64,000 bases of DNA from Adineta vaga (Eukaryota; Animalia; Rotifera). The position numbers were made by a program, and so were the translations under genes. Shown in pieces: positions 1 to 12,194 of this stretch. How positions within the stretch are numbered: position 1 is the first letter of the stretch; the number at the start of each line of letters is the position of its first letter. The notes under the pieces are model-generated. The model worked only from the letters and a program-made list of their open reading frames with translations, did no database searches and was not told the DNA's origin. Location: contig CP075493.1 of assembly GCA_021613535.1 (NCBI GenBank), positions 6,758,001 to 6,822,000 of the forward strand, given 5' to 3'.

Positions 1-181
1 TACTCACGATTTTGATATTCGTATCATTATTCCTGTCTTGTGTCACCTTCGTTATCAATAATGATGAAGCAATCAAATTAAATGAATGCAACGCTTGAAT
101 AGTTTGGTCGTCGTATCATTTCATTTCTCTTTTCATCCTGTGGTTTGTGCTTTAAACAGACAATTACATTTAAATCATACG

Positions 182-664
182 ATGACAAGAACGACGATCA
201 CGTCTGTCAAACATGATAACCATGATGATCTTGTACATACCAAAACTTTATTCCGACGACATTCAAAAGGTCCAATTATGTTCAATGGTTGTTCACCATC
301 GGGTGATGTGATTATTATTGAAAATATTAGTCCGAAAAAACATTATGATTTAGCTGGCTGGTATATTGAACGACAAACAGAAAATTATCCCATGCTTCGA
401 TATATAATTAAAAATCAATTTCTTCTTCCACCATTAACAACTGTTGAACTATGGTCGAGTATCGCAACACCAGTTCCTAATCCACCTGAAACTCAAGAAC
501 AACAACAGCAACAACAACAATCATTTGTTAGTGTAAAAACAAAAATTTTAACATGGAATAAAGCACGACAATGGAGTGTTACGCGATTATATGATCATAC
601 AGGACGTGAACGAGCTATATTCTCACATCGAACATTGTCATTATCAGATAAGGAAAACGAATAG
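182..664 (+). CDS. Lamin-tail-domain (LTD) protein; either the 3' exon of an intermediate-filament-like gene or a small stand-alone LTD protein
   Basis: KGPIMFNGCSPSGDVIIIEN...DLAGWYIER...LLPPLTTVELWS...TWN...TRLYDHTGRERA follows the lamin tail Ig-fold pattern. Acceptor-like TTTAAACAG ends at 159; in-frame ATG at 182. Confidence 0.6.
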   Translation: MTRTTITSVKHDNHDDLVHTKTLFRRHSKGPIMFNGCSPSGDVIIIENISPKKHYDLAGWYIERQTENYPMLRYIIKNQFLLPPLTTVELWSSIATPVPNPPETQEQQQQQQQSFVSVKTKILTWNKARQWSVTRLYDHTGRERAIFSHRTLSLSDKENE

Positions 665-1255
665 TTATAATAAAATGCAAATATTTGTAAAGATAACCTT
701 GAGACAATGTCAAAATAACATCGATTATTTACAGCAAATTTTTAAGCTTTTTGCTACTTGACAAGAGAAAAATATATCACATTAAGTGATGAGAAAATAT
801 TCGGTGAGTAATCGATACATATCTAATAGGAAATTATTTTCAATCTTAGATCATATTAAGTTGAAGAATAGTTCTTCGTTTCTTTTCGTTGTCGCTTCAT
901 TCAAAACTCATAATACATATTTTAACAGATCATAATATAATGAAATAGACTATTCATAGTGTTTATGGTAAACAATAATAATTTTATTTAATTTTATGCC
1001 GATATCGTAAAGGTCGATTACTATGTGTATACATATTTTCTAGTTCGAACTAACCTTGTATATGAGAAAAAAACAATCAACAAATTGGTTGAAAATAGAC
1101 AAACTAAATGGAACGATTGTAGTGAATTTCATATATCAAATAGGATTGCTTAGCTTTTGAATGAATATAAACAAAATATATCATTCAAACTCCAAAGAGC
1201 ATATTGTTTAGTCTTTAATCGTTGAATTAAATACACGTGTAATATATAGTCTTAT

Positions 1256-1855
1256 TTAAACATAATTATTCACATGTCGTCGATGAAATGTTTGTCTTTC
1301 AATGAGATGTTTATTTTTCATTAATAAATTACATATACGTAGAATTGAAGATTTCATTTCAATGAGCATTAATTTCAAATTTCGATGTAATTGATCGTCA
1401 AGATTTGAAACTAAATGATAATTATCATCTAATTTCGGTCGTTTAAATAATTCTTTATTTGCTAGAGCACGTTGTTCACGATATTCAACAATTTGTCCCA
1501 TACGGATAATACAATTTGCTTTCATCGATGCGATATCATCAAGTATTTCATTTTGTACAACAATACGAAAATCATCACTTTCACTATACGATGGAATTTC
1601 TAATTCAAGCCACAAGGTTAAATGTTCAACTATTTCAATAAAATCTCGTAAATACTTTTGAACTGATTGAATAAGTTCGTTCAAATGTTTCGAATCATTC
1701 TGATTGGAAGATTCATCAGTTGAGAAAATTTCACTTTTAAGAAAATTCTCGATTTCATAAGCACGTTCAACAAGATTTGAAAGAGATTTTTCTGCTTGTT
1801 GTTTGATAGATTCATGTAGTTCGATAAATATATGTTTATGTTTCTCAATATCCAT
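1256..1855 (-). CDS. Divergent, intronless proteasome activator PA28/REG (PSME1-3 family)-like protein
   Basis: LTLWLELEIPSYSESDDFRIVVQNEI aligns with PA28 W-x-x-L-x-IP-x-IEDGNNFGVxxQE. All-helical character, 199 aa, single ORF. Confidence 0.7.
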   Translation of the reverse strand: MDIEKHKHIFIELHESIKQQAEKSLSNLVERAYEIENFLKSEIFSTDESSNQNDSKHLNELIQSVQKYLRDFIEIVEHLTLWLELEIPSYSESDDFRIVVQNEILDDIASMKANCIIRMGQIVEYREQRALANKELFKRPKLDDNYHLVSNLDDQLHRNLKLMLIEMKSSILRICNLLMKNKHLIERQTFHRRHVNNYV

Positions 1856-1966
1856 GTAAATTTATTTTTTTTTATTTAATCTTTCTCTTTTTACAATATG
1901 AACAGAAGAACAAACAGAAGAAATGGTTACTATTGTTTATAGAATATCGAAATGTACCGCCAAATT

Positions 1967-4320
1967 TCATTGTATTATTTCAGGTATTTGATTTTCAAAA
2001 GAAATTTCATGACATTCCAATGTATTTAAGTTCAAAGCCACACATGAATTTGATTGTGCAAAAGATGGAATACAGATCATACGAACTTGAATATCATTAG
2101 GTCCTAAAATGAAATCTTCATAAGAATCAACTGTTTGGAGAACAAAGATTTCGATCGTTGAATCTTCATTTCAAAATTGATTAGAATAATTTACCTTTAA
2201 AAAGACGAGTTTCAAATTTTGGTTGATTTCCAGCAAAGAAAATATGTGGTGTATCATGAATAATGAATGGATCATCTTTAACATATGGATAACAACCTAA
2301 GACAAGATAATAGTCTCTAGAGATAAAGTCAACGTGCTTTCACATACTTAAAGTATCAGGACATGTTGGTGCAATGACACCCCATGTAAGACAATTTTCT
2401 AATATCTGAACACGATTATCAATTGTTGATTGAAGATCAATATCATCAAGATTTTGGCCTGATGTTCCAAGTAAACTATTATGATCAATAAATAAAGTTC
2501 ACGTGATGAACAAAAAAGAAAGAAAGAAATTTTTTGCTTACCGAAGATCACCAATTTGAAAATCATATGGATTTGTAAGACAATGCGTTGTTTTGCGTTT
2601 GCTCGACGTTGGAAACATGCAAGGATGTAATGGTTGTTGTGGTAACATATGACAACTAGAATAGTATAAACTAAGACTTCATCGACAACAAGATTATTAA
2701 TCTATTCTTACCTTGGATCATTTACACCGGGCATAATATCAATATCCATGATAGCCTATGAATAAATAAACTTTGATACAATAAAATTCCATCTAATAGA
2801 ACATTACATACAGCAATTTTATCGAATAATTCATCAATACTTTGCATTGCTTCTACGCTACTAGCAGCCATTTTTCGTGTCAAATATTTCGCCTAAATCA
2901 AATTTGTGATGATTTCTTCTTCGAAGAGAACAATTTTTCGATGAAAAAAACGAACTTGATTTGTTGTATCTTTTAATCGATTTGAACTTTCGATCAAATT
3001 TCCAGCAACAACAAATCGAATGGTATTACTAAGAATAGCTTGTAATTGTTTCGATTGAATATTTGTTGTTTGTGTTAATGAATTAATTAACGATTCAAGT
3101 TGATTAAATATAATCGATGTTTCAGATAAAAGAAAGCCAGAAGCAAATAACATATATCTAATATATATAATTTCAATTTTATACTTAGAGATAGTTTTAT
3201 TTCTCTTACTTATCCTCTTTTGTTGGTGTTATTTGTTTTGGTATGGTAAGTTCTTTGAAACAGTACTCTTTGACTATAAATACACCTTTATCATTTTCAT
3301 AACCATATACAGCCACAACAATACCTACAAATAAACGATGCTTATGAAATAAGTTTTATCGATCTGAACATTCTTTGATGCAATATCAAAAGAAACAAAG
3401 AATTCTGACAGAGTCCACCGATTCTTTGTTTACTCACTGCCGAAAAGAACTATATAACATACGAAGATTTTAAATTTCTCAGTTATTTCTATGAATTTCA
3501 TTCTTTCCTTGCTTAAACTGCATTATCATCGTCTCCGTTTACCAGTAACAAATAGATTAACGTCAATATTTCCATCGAGAACAATTCGTTGTGATTCTTC
3601 TTCAAGAATTAATTTATCCGTTGGATCAACATAGCGTTTTCGAGGTGGTTGTAAATTAAAACCATTCTAAAAGATATACATACTCATTTTCTCTCTATCG
3701 ATCATTCAATAAGATATTACTTCATTTGCTATTTGTTTGATAATACTCGGTTTTAAAATCATCTGTTTAAATAAAATACCAATGAGAATACATTCTTCAT
3801 CCAAGACAAGATCATTCATTTTCTTAATCGGTATTTTTGAATCTAAATTTGTAACAAAGATACGATGTGGATTCTATGAATTGATTAAATCAAACTAACT
3901 CCAACGATTTTCTGCTGCTTTGTTTACAGCTTTTCGCATTGATCCAAGACGTTCAGCATAGAGATGAGCATATTGTACATCAAAATGACGATTGGTCAAT
4001 AGAAATCGATCTGATAAATTGATCCATTCTGTTTCATGAGTGGGTTGTCGTTGAATATTTGGAACTACTACGACTGATGGTTTTTTAGGTGAAAGTACTA
4101 GTTTAGTTGATGGTACTGATGCAGGTGCCGGTCCTGGTGCTGGTGAAGATGATGGTAGTTTTGGTATTTCTTCTTCTTCTTCTTCTTTCTTGATTTCTTT
4201 CATTTCAACAATTGATGATGGCTTTGGTTTCGTTACTGAAGAATCATTAGGTGGTGTTGTTTGCGCCGGATTTTTAAAAAATGATGTAATTGATTTCTGA
4301 TTTTTATTACTTTTCGACAT
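1967..4320 (-). CDS. POLD2: DNA polymerase delta subunit 2 (multi-exon)
   Basis: QYAHLYAERL, LILEEESQRIVL, IMPGVNDP, LPQQPLHPCMF, GTSGQNLDDI, IAPTCPDTL, YPYVKDDPFII, PHIFFAGNQP, IPSFAQS. Stop TGA at 1967-1969. Confidence 0.92.
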
Positions 4321-4716
4321 GATGAGCTCAAGAAAATAGATCTTAAAATATATAAAAGAGAATATAAAAGTTAGTGCGCACGCACACTCTCAAGACGCTA
4401 AATTCGTCATGAAATTACATAAAAAATAAAACTAAATTAAAAAAAGAAAATTACAAAACTATAATGAAACGGATTTCTTGAAATCGGGACGTTGCTCAAT
4501 AACACTGATCGATGATGTCAGTACACGTTCATTACTTGCAATGCCGTTATCCACTGTTCACTGCCCTATAATCAGAAAAGAAAATTCATGTATAAATGCA
4601 AAATAATATATACATGGAAAAGCAGCTGTTTTATGTTAATATAGCTCAATTAACATGCATGTTTCATTTATTAAAATGTTCACAGCATAGAGTAAAATGA
4701 GCAAGAGAACATAATG

Positions 4717-7579
4717 TCATGGACATTTCTGACTGGAATCTAATGTACAATCGTTGACTTTCAATTTTAACTGAAAAAAAAAACAAACAACAAGAAATAT
4801 GAATAACTATCTATGAGCAGTATTAATACAAGCGATTAAAAGTATGACGAGAAAGAGATTACTAAATGTTCAGAAAAAATGGTGTAGCAGCGCACAAACA
4901 AAAATCCAAACATCGTGAAGACAATCAATCATGTAAATGCAAATAAATATTCTGAATCAAGTTTCACAAAGTACCTTGGGTGTTGGATATCCTTTTGCAA
5001 TACAATATTCTTTGAAACCACAACGAACAATCGAGCATATATTATGATCGCGATTTTTACAATAAAGTCGAATATCACGTTCACGAAATGTTTGCGGTAA
5101 AAGTCTTGAAACCTAAATAGAAAAGTAAATCTCTTTCGTAAGTAGAAAAAATAGAATTCATATTAACAAACTTGGTCTTTGGAAATTCTTGTGGCTTTAT
5201 TTGGGTAGACTTTAGTATAGAACCACATATTACGTATAGGATCTTCACCTCGATCACCACAGCTAAGTTCCACTGCCTAAAATAATGAAATATAGAGAAT
5301 GTAGTGACAACTATTGAATGAATATTAGATCGACAAATGCGTGGTGTACTGTATTGCGAACTTCAGAGAGTATGCTCAAGATATGTGTCTACCTGTATAA
5401 TTAGATCACTTGGTGTAAGATGATATTCATTTTCATCAAAATGATAATGCTTAATAATATCTTGACAAGCATTTTTACACGCTTTCTAGAAAATAAAAGA
5501 GAGTATTTTTCTTTTCTTTGTTGTTTATGACTCACTTTAGTAAAATCGACGGTGAATGATACGTGTGTATTTCCAATATAACGATAGATTTCTAAGAAGA
5601 AAAATGCTAAATCAAATCCATTGAAAATAATCTGTTATACCTCGATTTTCAATTTTTTCGATAATTTCTTTTGCTTTCATCATATTTGGATGATGTGAAT
5701 GTTTAATTAATGTTGTTATATGATCATCTATCTGATTGAATGTATACATATCGTCAATTGTTTGGGCAAGACGAATATCACATTTTCTAAAGAAAACATT
5801 CTGCATCATTTAAATAACTTGAATTTTTCTTTCCATACTCGTGTGCATTTGTAAAGAATAAATAATCATTTGCGATGATAAAAACTTCTTTATACCTAGA
5901 AATTAGATGTTTTGTAAATAGATTTAACCAAATCATTCTCATATGTTCTTACATTAATTCAATTGCTTTCACAACTGGATGTTGATATGCACGTCGATGA
6001 AGATCATCACGAATGCGATAAATTTCATAGCATGCTTTTACTTCCTTAAGAAAAGAGAAGAAACGAAATCAATGAGATTTATATCTAGTATAAAGAAGAA
6101 CTTACTTTATCGCGTAAACATAGATGAAATTTACCGTCATCAGCTCGTATTACACGATAGAATTTTATAAAACGCATATGTTCAAAAGATATTTTTGTAC
6201 CCAAATAATATGAATCACGTGCAAAATAATCGAATTTATCAACATCAATGCCTGTTAATTTGTTTGAAACAATCTATTGAAGATTTGATACATAAATTTA
6301 ATCTTTACAAAAAGTCAAGAAATGTTCATACTTCGTAAAGAAATGATTTCGATATATCTCGACCTTTGTATGGCCAAATCTTTAAAAAAAGAAATTATTT
6401 ATTAACCGGATGGTTACATGTTTCATTTTTCAGAATGTGCTCGAAAACTGTACAAGACTTAGCCGTATGAATGCACCATCCGATGATTACCGTATTACCA
6501 AATCAGTAGAAGATGACAAAAATAACGGAGACAATGCGAGAGGATAGACTTTCTGATTACTTGCACAAATGTCGCCGCTAACAATCAGGGATCATGTATG
6601 ATACTCCTGTAGCCAATCGGTTAAAATAATCATTCATTTTTTCAATTATCTGTGATTATACATGAATGGAAAGCGTACATAGGATTTGACGTGTAGATAC
6701 TTACTAGATCAGTAGTTTGTTCATCTAATTCACCAAAAATCAATTCTTTTATAAATATAAGATCGATTTCATATAAATTAACTTGTCGAAAAAACGGCAT
6801 TAAATTATTTTTTTCGATCATATAATCAAACATTTTAATCGAAGCTCGTTCATGCTAGATAAACACAAGATTGTTTTTATTTAATACAAATGAGAATCAC
6901 CTACTTTCCATTTGATTTCTGGTCGAAGTTCGGCTATAACTTCTTCGAACATATGAGAATAAGGTCCATGTCCTTAGAGAATTCAATTATTAGTTAGTGT
7001 ATTCATGATTTATATTCTGAACTAACCAAGATCATGGCAGAGTGCTGCTATCTGCACGCATAGAACATCTTCAACTGTTATATTTAATTCCGGTTGTCGT
7101 TGACGAAGTTGTGATATTAATTCACCAGCAAGATGACAAGTTCTAAACAAAGTTATATTCATTTTCGATCATCTCAAAATATGTATTTACCCAAGTGAAT
7201 GTTCAAATCGTTGATGACATGCTCCGGGATATACGTAATAGGATGCGCCAAGTTGTTTTAATCGACGAAGTCTTTGAAATTGTGATGTATCTATGATCTT
7301 TACTAATAGCCAATGTAATTCAATACAGCCATGTATGGGATCATTGAAAATCTATCGGAAAGAAGGTCTCATCGTACCAATGAAAACGAAATTCATTCTT
7401 CTTACTTTGGTGTCTTGAATTGGGTTACTAAAAAATAAACGAAAAATCTTTTGGTTTATGAGATTACAATCAACTAACTTTTCATGATAAGAATCTGTTA
7501 ATACCGGTGATATTTCGAGATCACTTGTGGATTCTAATTTATGACGTTTAGGTAATGGAGAAAAGTCGTCGTTGGACAT
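4717..7579 (-). CDS. SAMHD1: SAMHD1-like HD-domain dNTP triphosphohydrolase, no SAM domain (multi-exon; last exon uncertain)
   Basis: [82 protein letters not shown]. Confidence 0.88.
6406..6620. mobile_element. Small non-autonomous piggyBac-like element (MITE) in a SAMHD1 intron
   Basis: TTAA on both sides (6402-6405, 6621-6624). Imperfect 13-bp terminal inverted repeats CCGGATGGTTACA / TGTAGCCAATCGG (10 of 13). GC-richer than flanks; host intron (6380-6704) is unusually long. Confidence 0.55.
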
Positions 7580-7686
7580 GATTATTTACATCTGAAAGAA
7601 AAAATAATCAAAGTAAATTTTAGCCGTATTACAAATGAAATAGATTAGTTATGCAGAAAAAAGAAAACTTCAAGAAAATAAATTGA

Positions 7687-8662
7687 TTAATGCGATGATT
7701 GCACAAGTTGTAAGTCAAACCTAAATGAATTTAATGATTAGATATGAAAATGAAAATTTAAGTATTATGTACCATTCATTGATTTCTTCACCTTGACTAC
7801 CGAGGTTATTCAATGGAATGGTTACCTTTATCAAAGAAGATGTGAATGAAATCATTGTTAAAACAATTCGATCTTACTTCACGATCACGAATTGCAGCTG
7901 GATCTGTTTGATTTGATGCCTTTATGTATAAATTTCCTTTAGTCACATGTTCAAATGTTGAACAGAATGTACATGGTTCTTTCCAAGAAATCGCTGCATT
8001 TTCAACAACAATTCTGGTATGTTTTTCTATCTCATTGTCATGTGTACCACTCGATTGAATTAGCGAAAATGATAAACATATTTCTGGTGCATAGATCTGT
8101 GCAGGAAGTATTAAGCCTTGTGCATCAAGTAAACGAACAATTAATTTACTTCGTTCATCATCATATCGAATCGATAAATGTAAACGACCAGTTTTGCCAT
8201 CAGGATGAACAACTGAATCATATTCAGATAAGATCTGTTGACGGTCGATAGTGACATAATCATCAGCTATATTATGTTCAGCAGAATCATTTTCAACAAT
8301 ACGCGAACGTAAATCTTCATCTTGTAAACGACAGATATCGGATTTTTCTTTGATTATCTTACCTGTTGATTGTAATTCAGACGAATGAAAATGATTATTA
8401 GCATCAAGGTTAATAATTTCATTTGGTTCACTACGAGATACTGGTCGATCATTTTCTAAACCTTGCATGTTAGATGTACTACGTTTTTTTTCCTAGAAGA
8501 AAATAGTGATTTACATGAGAGATTTTTAAATACAAAACCGAATATTCTATTCTCTCTTACATCTTCCTCTTCATTGTTATACCAAGAAGCAATATATAAA
8601 ACAATCGTAATAATTGAACATATAATAGTTGCTAGACAAACTTCACAAAAATTGATCGTCAT
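7687..8662 (-). CDS. N-terminal transmembrane + single C2-domain (synaptotagmin-like) protein
   Basis: Exon 1 MTINFCEVCLATIICSIITIVLYIASW (TM). GRLHLSIRYDDERSKLIVRLLDAQGL starts a C2 fold; VTIPLNNL...EWFDL ends it. Confidence 0.65.
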
Positions 8663-9062
8663 TTTATTTGTTATTTTGTAGAGAAAAGATCGGACTACCA
8701 ACGATAACAACTAACAAAATCTACTATATATAATATACACAGATACAGCTGTTATTCGAGAGAAATAGTGAACGAATACTCATTGGTCAGTTTTTGATTT
8801 TTAGAATAGATGTCGTCTTAAAATTTAAAAATAGAATTCATTGTTTTCTACAAAAACTTTTGAGAAAAAAATAAAATCTCGAAAAATCTATATTTTCGAA
8901 AAAAATGAGAATTTTTTTTAGAATAAAATACTTTTATTTCTAAGTGAAGGTTCGTGAAATTAATGTGAAGAAATAAACAAGATGACGGCGAATACAAATG
9001 GACCTTATTGTCTAGTTTTTTCTATTCATGAATGCACATCTATCTATTTGTCGTCGATGTAA

Positions 9063-9627
<565 letters not shown>

Positions 9628-9788
9628 ATATCCAATCAAACGTATTATCTATAACATAACATAACAGCAACAGTTTGTTTGTTTGTTTTTTGTTTTTAAA
9701 TAAAACATCAGCAGAAGAAGAAAAATAATCCATCTATCTAAAAGAAAATTCTTATTGAAATACTACTACCTTTCTTTCTTTTATAGAT

Positions 9789-11124
9789 ATGTCTACTACT
9801 ACGACTAGTAATCCTCAAACTAAACGAAAAGAAATTTATAAATATGAAGCACCATGGATGGTTTATGCTATGAATTGGTCGATTCGACCTGATAAACGTT
9901 TTCGTCTTGCTCTTGGATCATTTGTCGAAGAATATAATAATAAAGTAAGAGATAAATTCTTTGAATTACATATTTCATTTCGGTTTTTTTAGGTACAAAT
10001 TGTCTCATTAGATGAAGAAACATCAGAATTCGTAGCAAAATCAACGTTTGATCATCCATATCCAACAACAAAAGTGATGTGGATACCTGATACGGTAATT
10101 ATCAAATGAAATTGATGCATTTTTAATACATTATATCTTTATAGAAAGGTGCTTTTCCGGATTTACTAGCGACAAGTGGTGATTATCTCCGAGTATGGCA
10201 AACAAGCGATAGTGGTACTCGTCTAGAATGTTTACTAAATAATGTAAGCATTTTTAGAATAGATTATGGTTATCATATATGTATATAATTATTTATTTAG
10301 AATAAAAATTCTGATTTTTGTGCTCCATTAACATCATTTGATTGGAATGAAGTTGATCCCAATTTAATTGGTACATCTAGTATTGATACAACATGTACAA
10401 TATGGGGTCTTGAAGTAAGTTGTTCATATGAATTTCGAACAAAGAATCTATTGCTCAACAATGTTTTTTTCTTCTTCGTTTTTAGACTGGACAAGCAATT
10501 GGTCGAACCAATCCAGTTAGCGGTCATGTCCGCACTCAATTAATTGCTCATGATAAAGAAGTTTATGATATTGCTTTCAGTCGCGGAGGTGGTGGTCGTG
10601 ATATGTTTGCATCCGTTGGTGCTGATGGATCTGTTCGAATGTTTGATTTACGTCATTTAGAACACTCAACGATTATTTATGAAGATCCTCAACATCATTC
10701 TCTATTACGTCTTGCATGGAATAAACAAGATCCAAATTATTTAGCTACATTTGCTATTGATTCAATGGAAATTGTTATTCTTGATGTTCGAATTCCATGT
10801 ACACCAGTTGCTCGTCTAAATAATCATCGATCAGGTGTTAATGGAATTGCATGGGCACCTCATTCTGCATGTCATATTTGTACTGCAGGTTCGTAGAAAA
10901 ATAATTTTAATATGAAATTATGAATGAAGACGAGTCTTTTTTGTTTTTCAGGTGATGATCGTCAAGCATTAATCTGGGATATTCAACAGATGCCACGTGC
11001 GATTGAAGATCCTATTCTTGCTTATACGGCCGAAGGAGAAATCAATCAGGTCCAATGGAGTACGACTCAACCAGATTGGATTGCAATTTGTTTTAATAAT
11101 TTTCTCGAAATATTACGTGTATAG
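9789..11124 (+). CDS. DCAF7: DDB1- and CUL4-associated factor 7 (WDR68), multi-exon
   Basis: [42 protein letters not shown]; HPYPTTK; [12 protein letters not shown]; [27 protein letters not shown]; LEILRV*. Confidence 0.97.
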
Positions 11125-11402
11125 TTCATTTTCTTGTAGACTAGTCCATTGTTTTATTACTTTCGATACATAACATATGCGTTCAGATTCTTTTTCTTTA
11201 CTTATTGTACAGTTTTTCATTTTCCTGAATGATGGAAATCTCTCTTCCGATATATAGCAGAGCTTGTTTCGTTGCTTTTTTGTATAAAAAAAAGTTGGAA
11301 TTTAATTCGAATTAAAATTTCAAAGATGTCGTCAGAATATGAATCTTTTTCTTTTATTATTTTCAACATCTTAATGAAGGACAATTTCTTCATTGAGCAA
11401 CA

Positions 11403-11440
11403 ACCAATCAGATGTACCTTTCGGCTGTCTCTATAAATAC
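11403..11440 (+). promoter_or_regulatory. CCAAT box and TATA box upstream of histone H4
   Basis: ACCAATCAG at about 11403-11411 and CTATAAATA at 11431-11439, about 70-105 nt upstream of the ATG. Confidence 0.55.
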
Positions 11441-11509
11441 TATGACAAACATTCTATCGTGTGTCATTTTAGATTTTCTTCTTTGTTATTCATATATTAA
11501 ATTTCGAAC

Positions 11510-11881
<372 letters not shown>

Positions 11882-12194
11882 ACTAAAATGAGAATAAAAA
11901 CAAACAAACAAACAAAGAGAACATTTGATGTTTCATGTTGTGTGTTAATAGTTGAAATATTGTAAATTCTCTCCATGCTTTTATTTTTGCTTCGCATAGC
12001 TTCTTCTTCGTCTTCTTCTTCTGCTTATATATATATCTCATAAATTTCTCTTCATATTCTCTTGTCGTGTTGTTTGCATATCAAATGAAAAAAACAGAAA
12101 ATATTAAATGAAACCACTATTGTGAAAAAGGTGATCGTTTCAGAATGGTAGAACTTGATTTTTATTGAAAATTCAACATAGAAAAAACAATAAA

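Noticed and set aside
3393-3431. 11-bp stem AAACAAAGAAT/ATTCTTTGTTT in a POLD2 intron
   Set aside because: Short and AT-rich; no snoRNA boxes or target-site duplication seen.
5020-5060. Suspected frameshift near the SAMHD1 C-terminus
   Set aside because: Careful reading gives a continuous frame ([18 protein letters not shown]).
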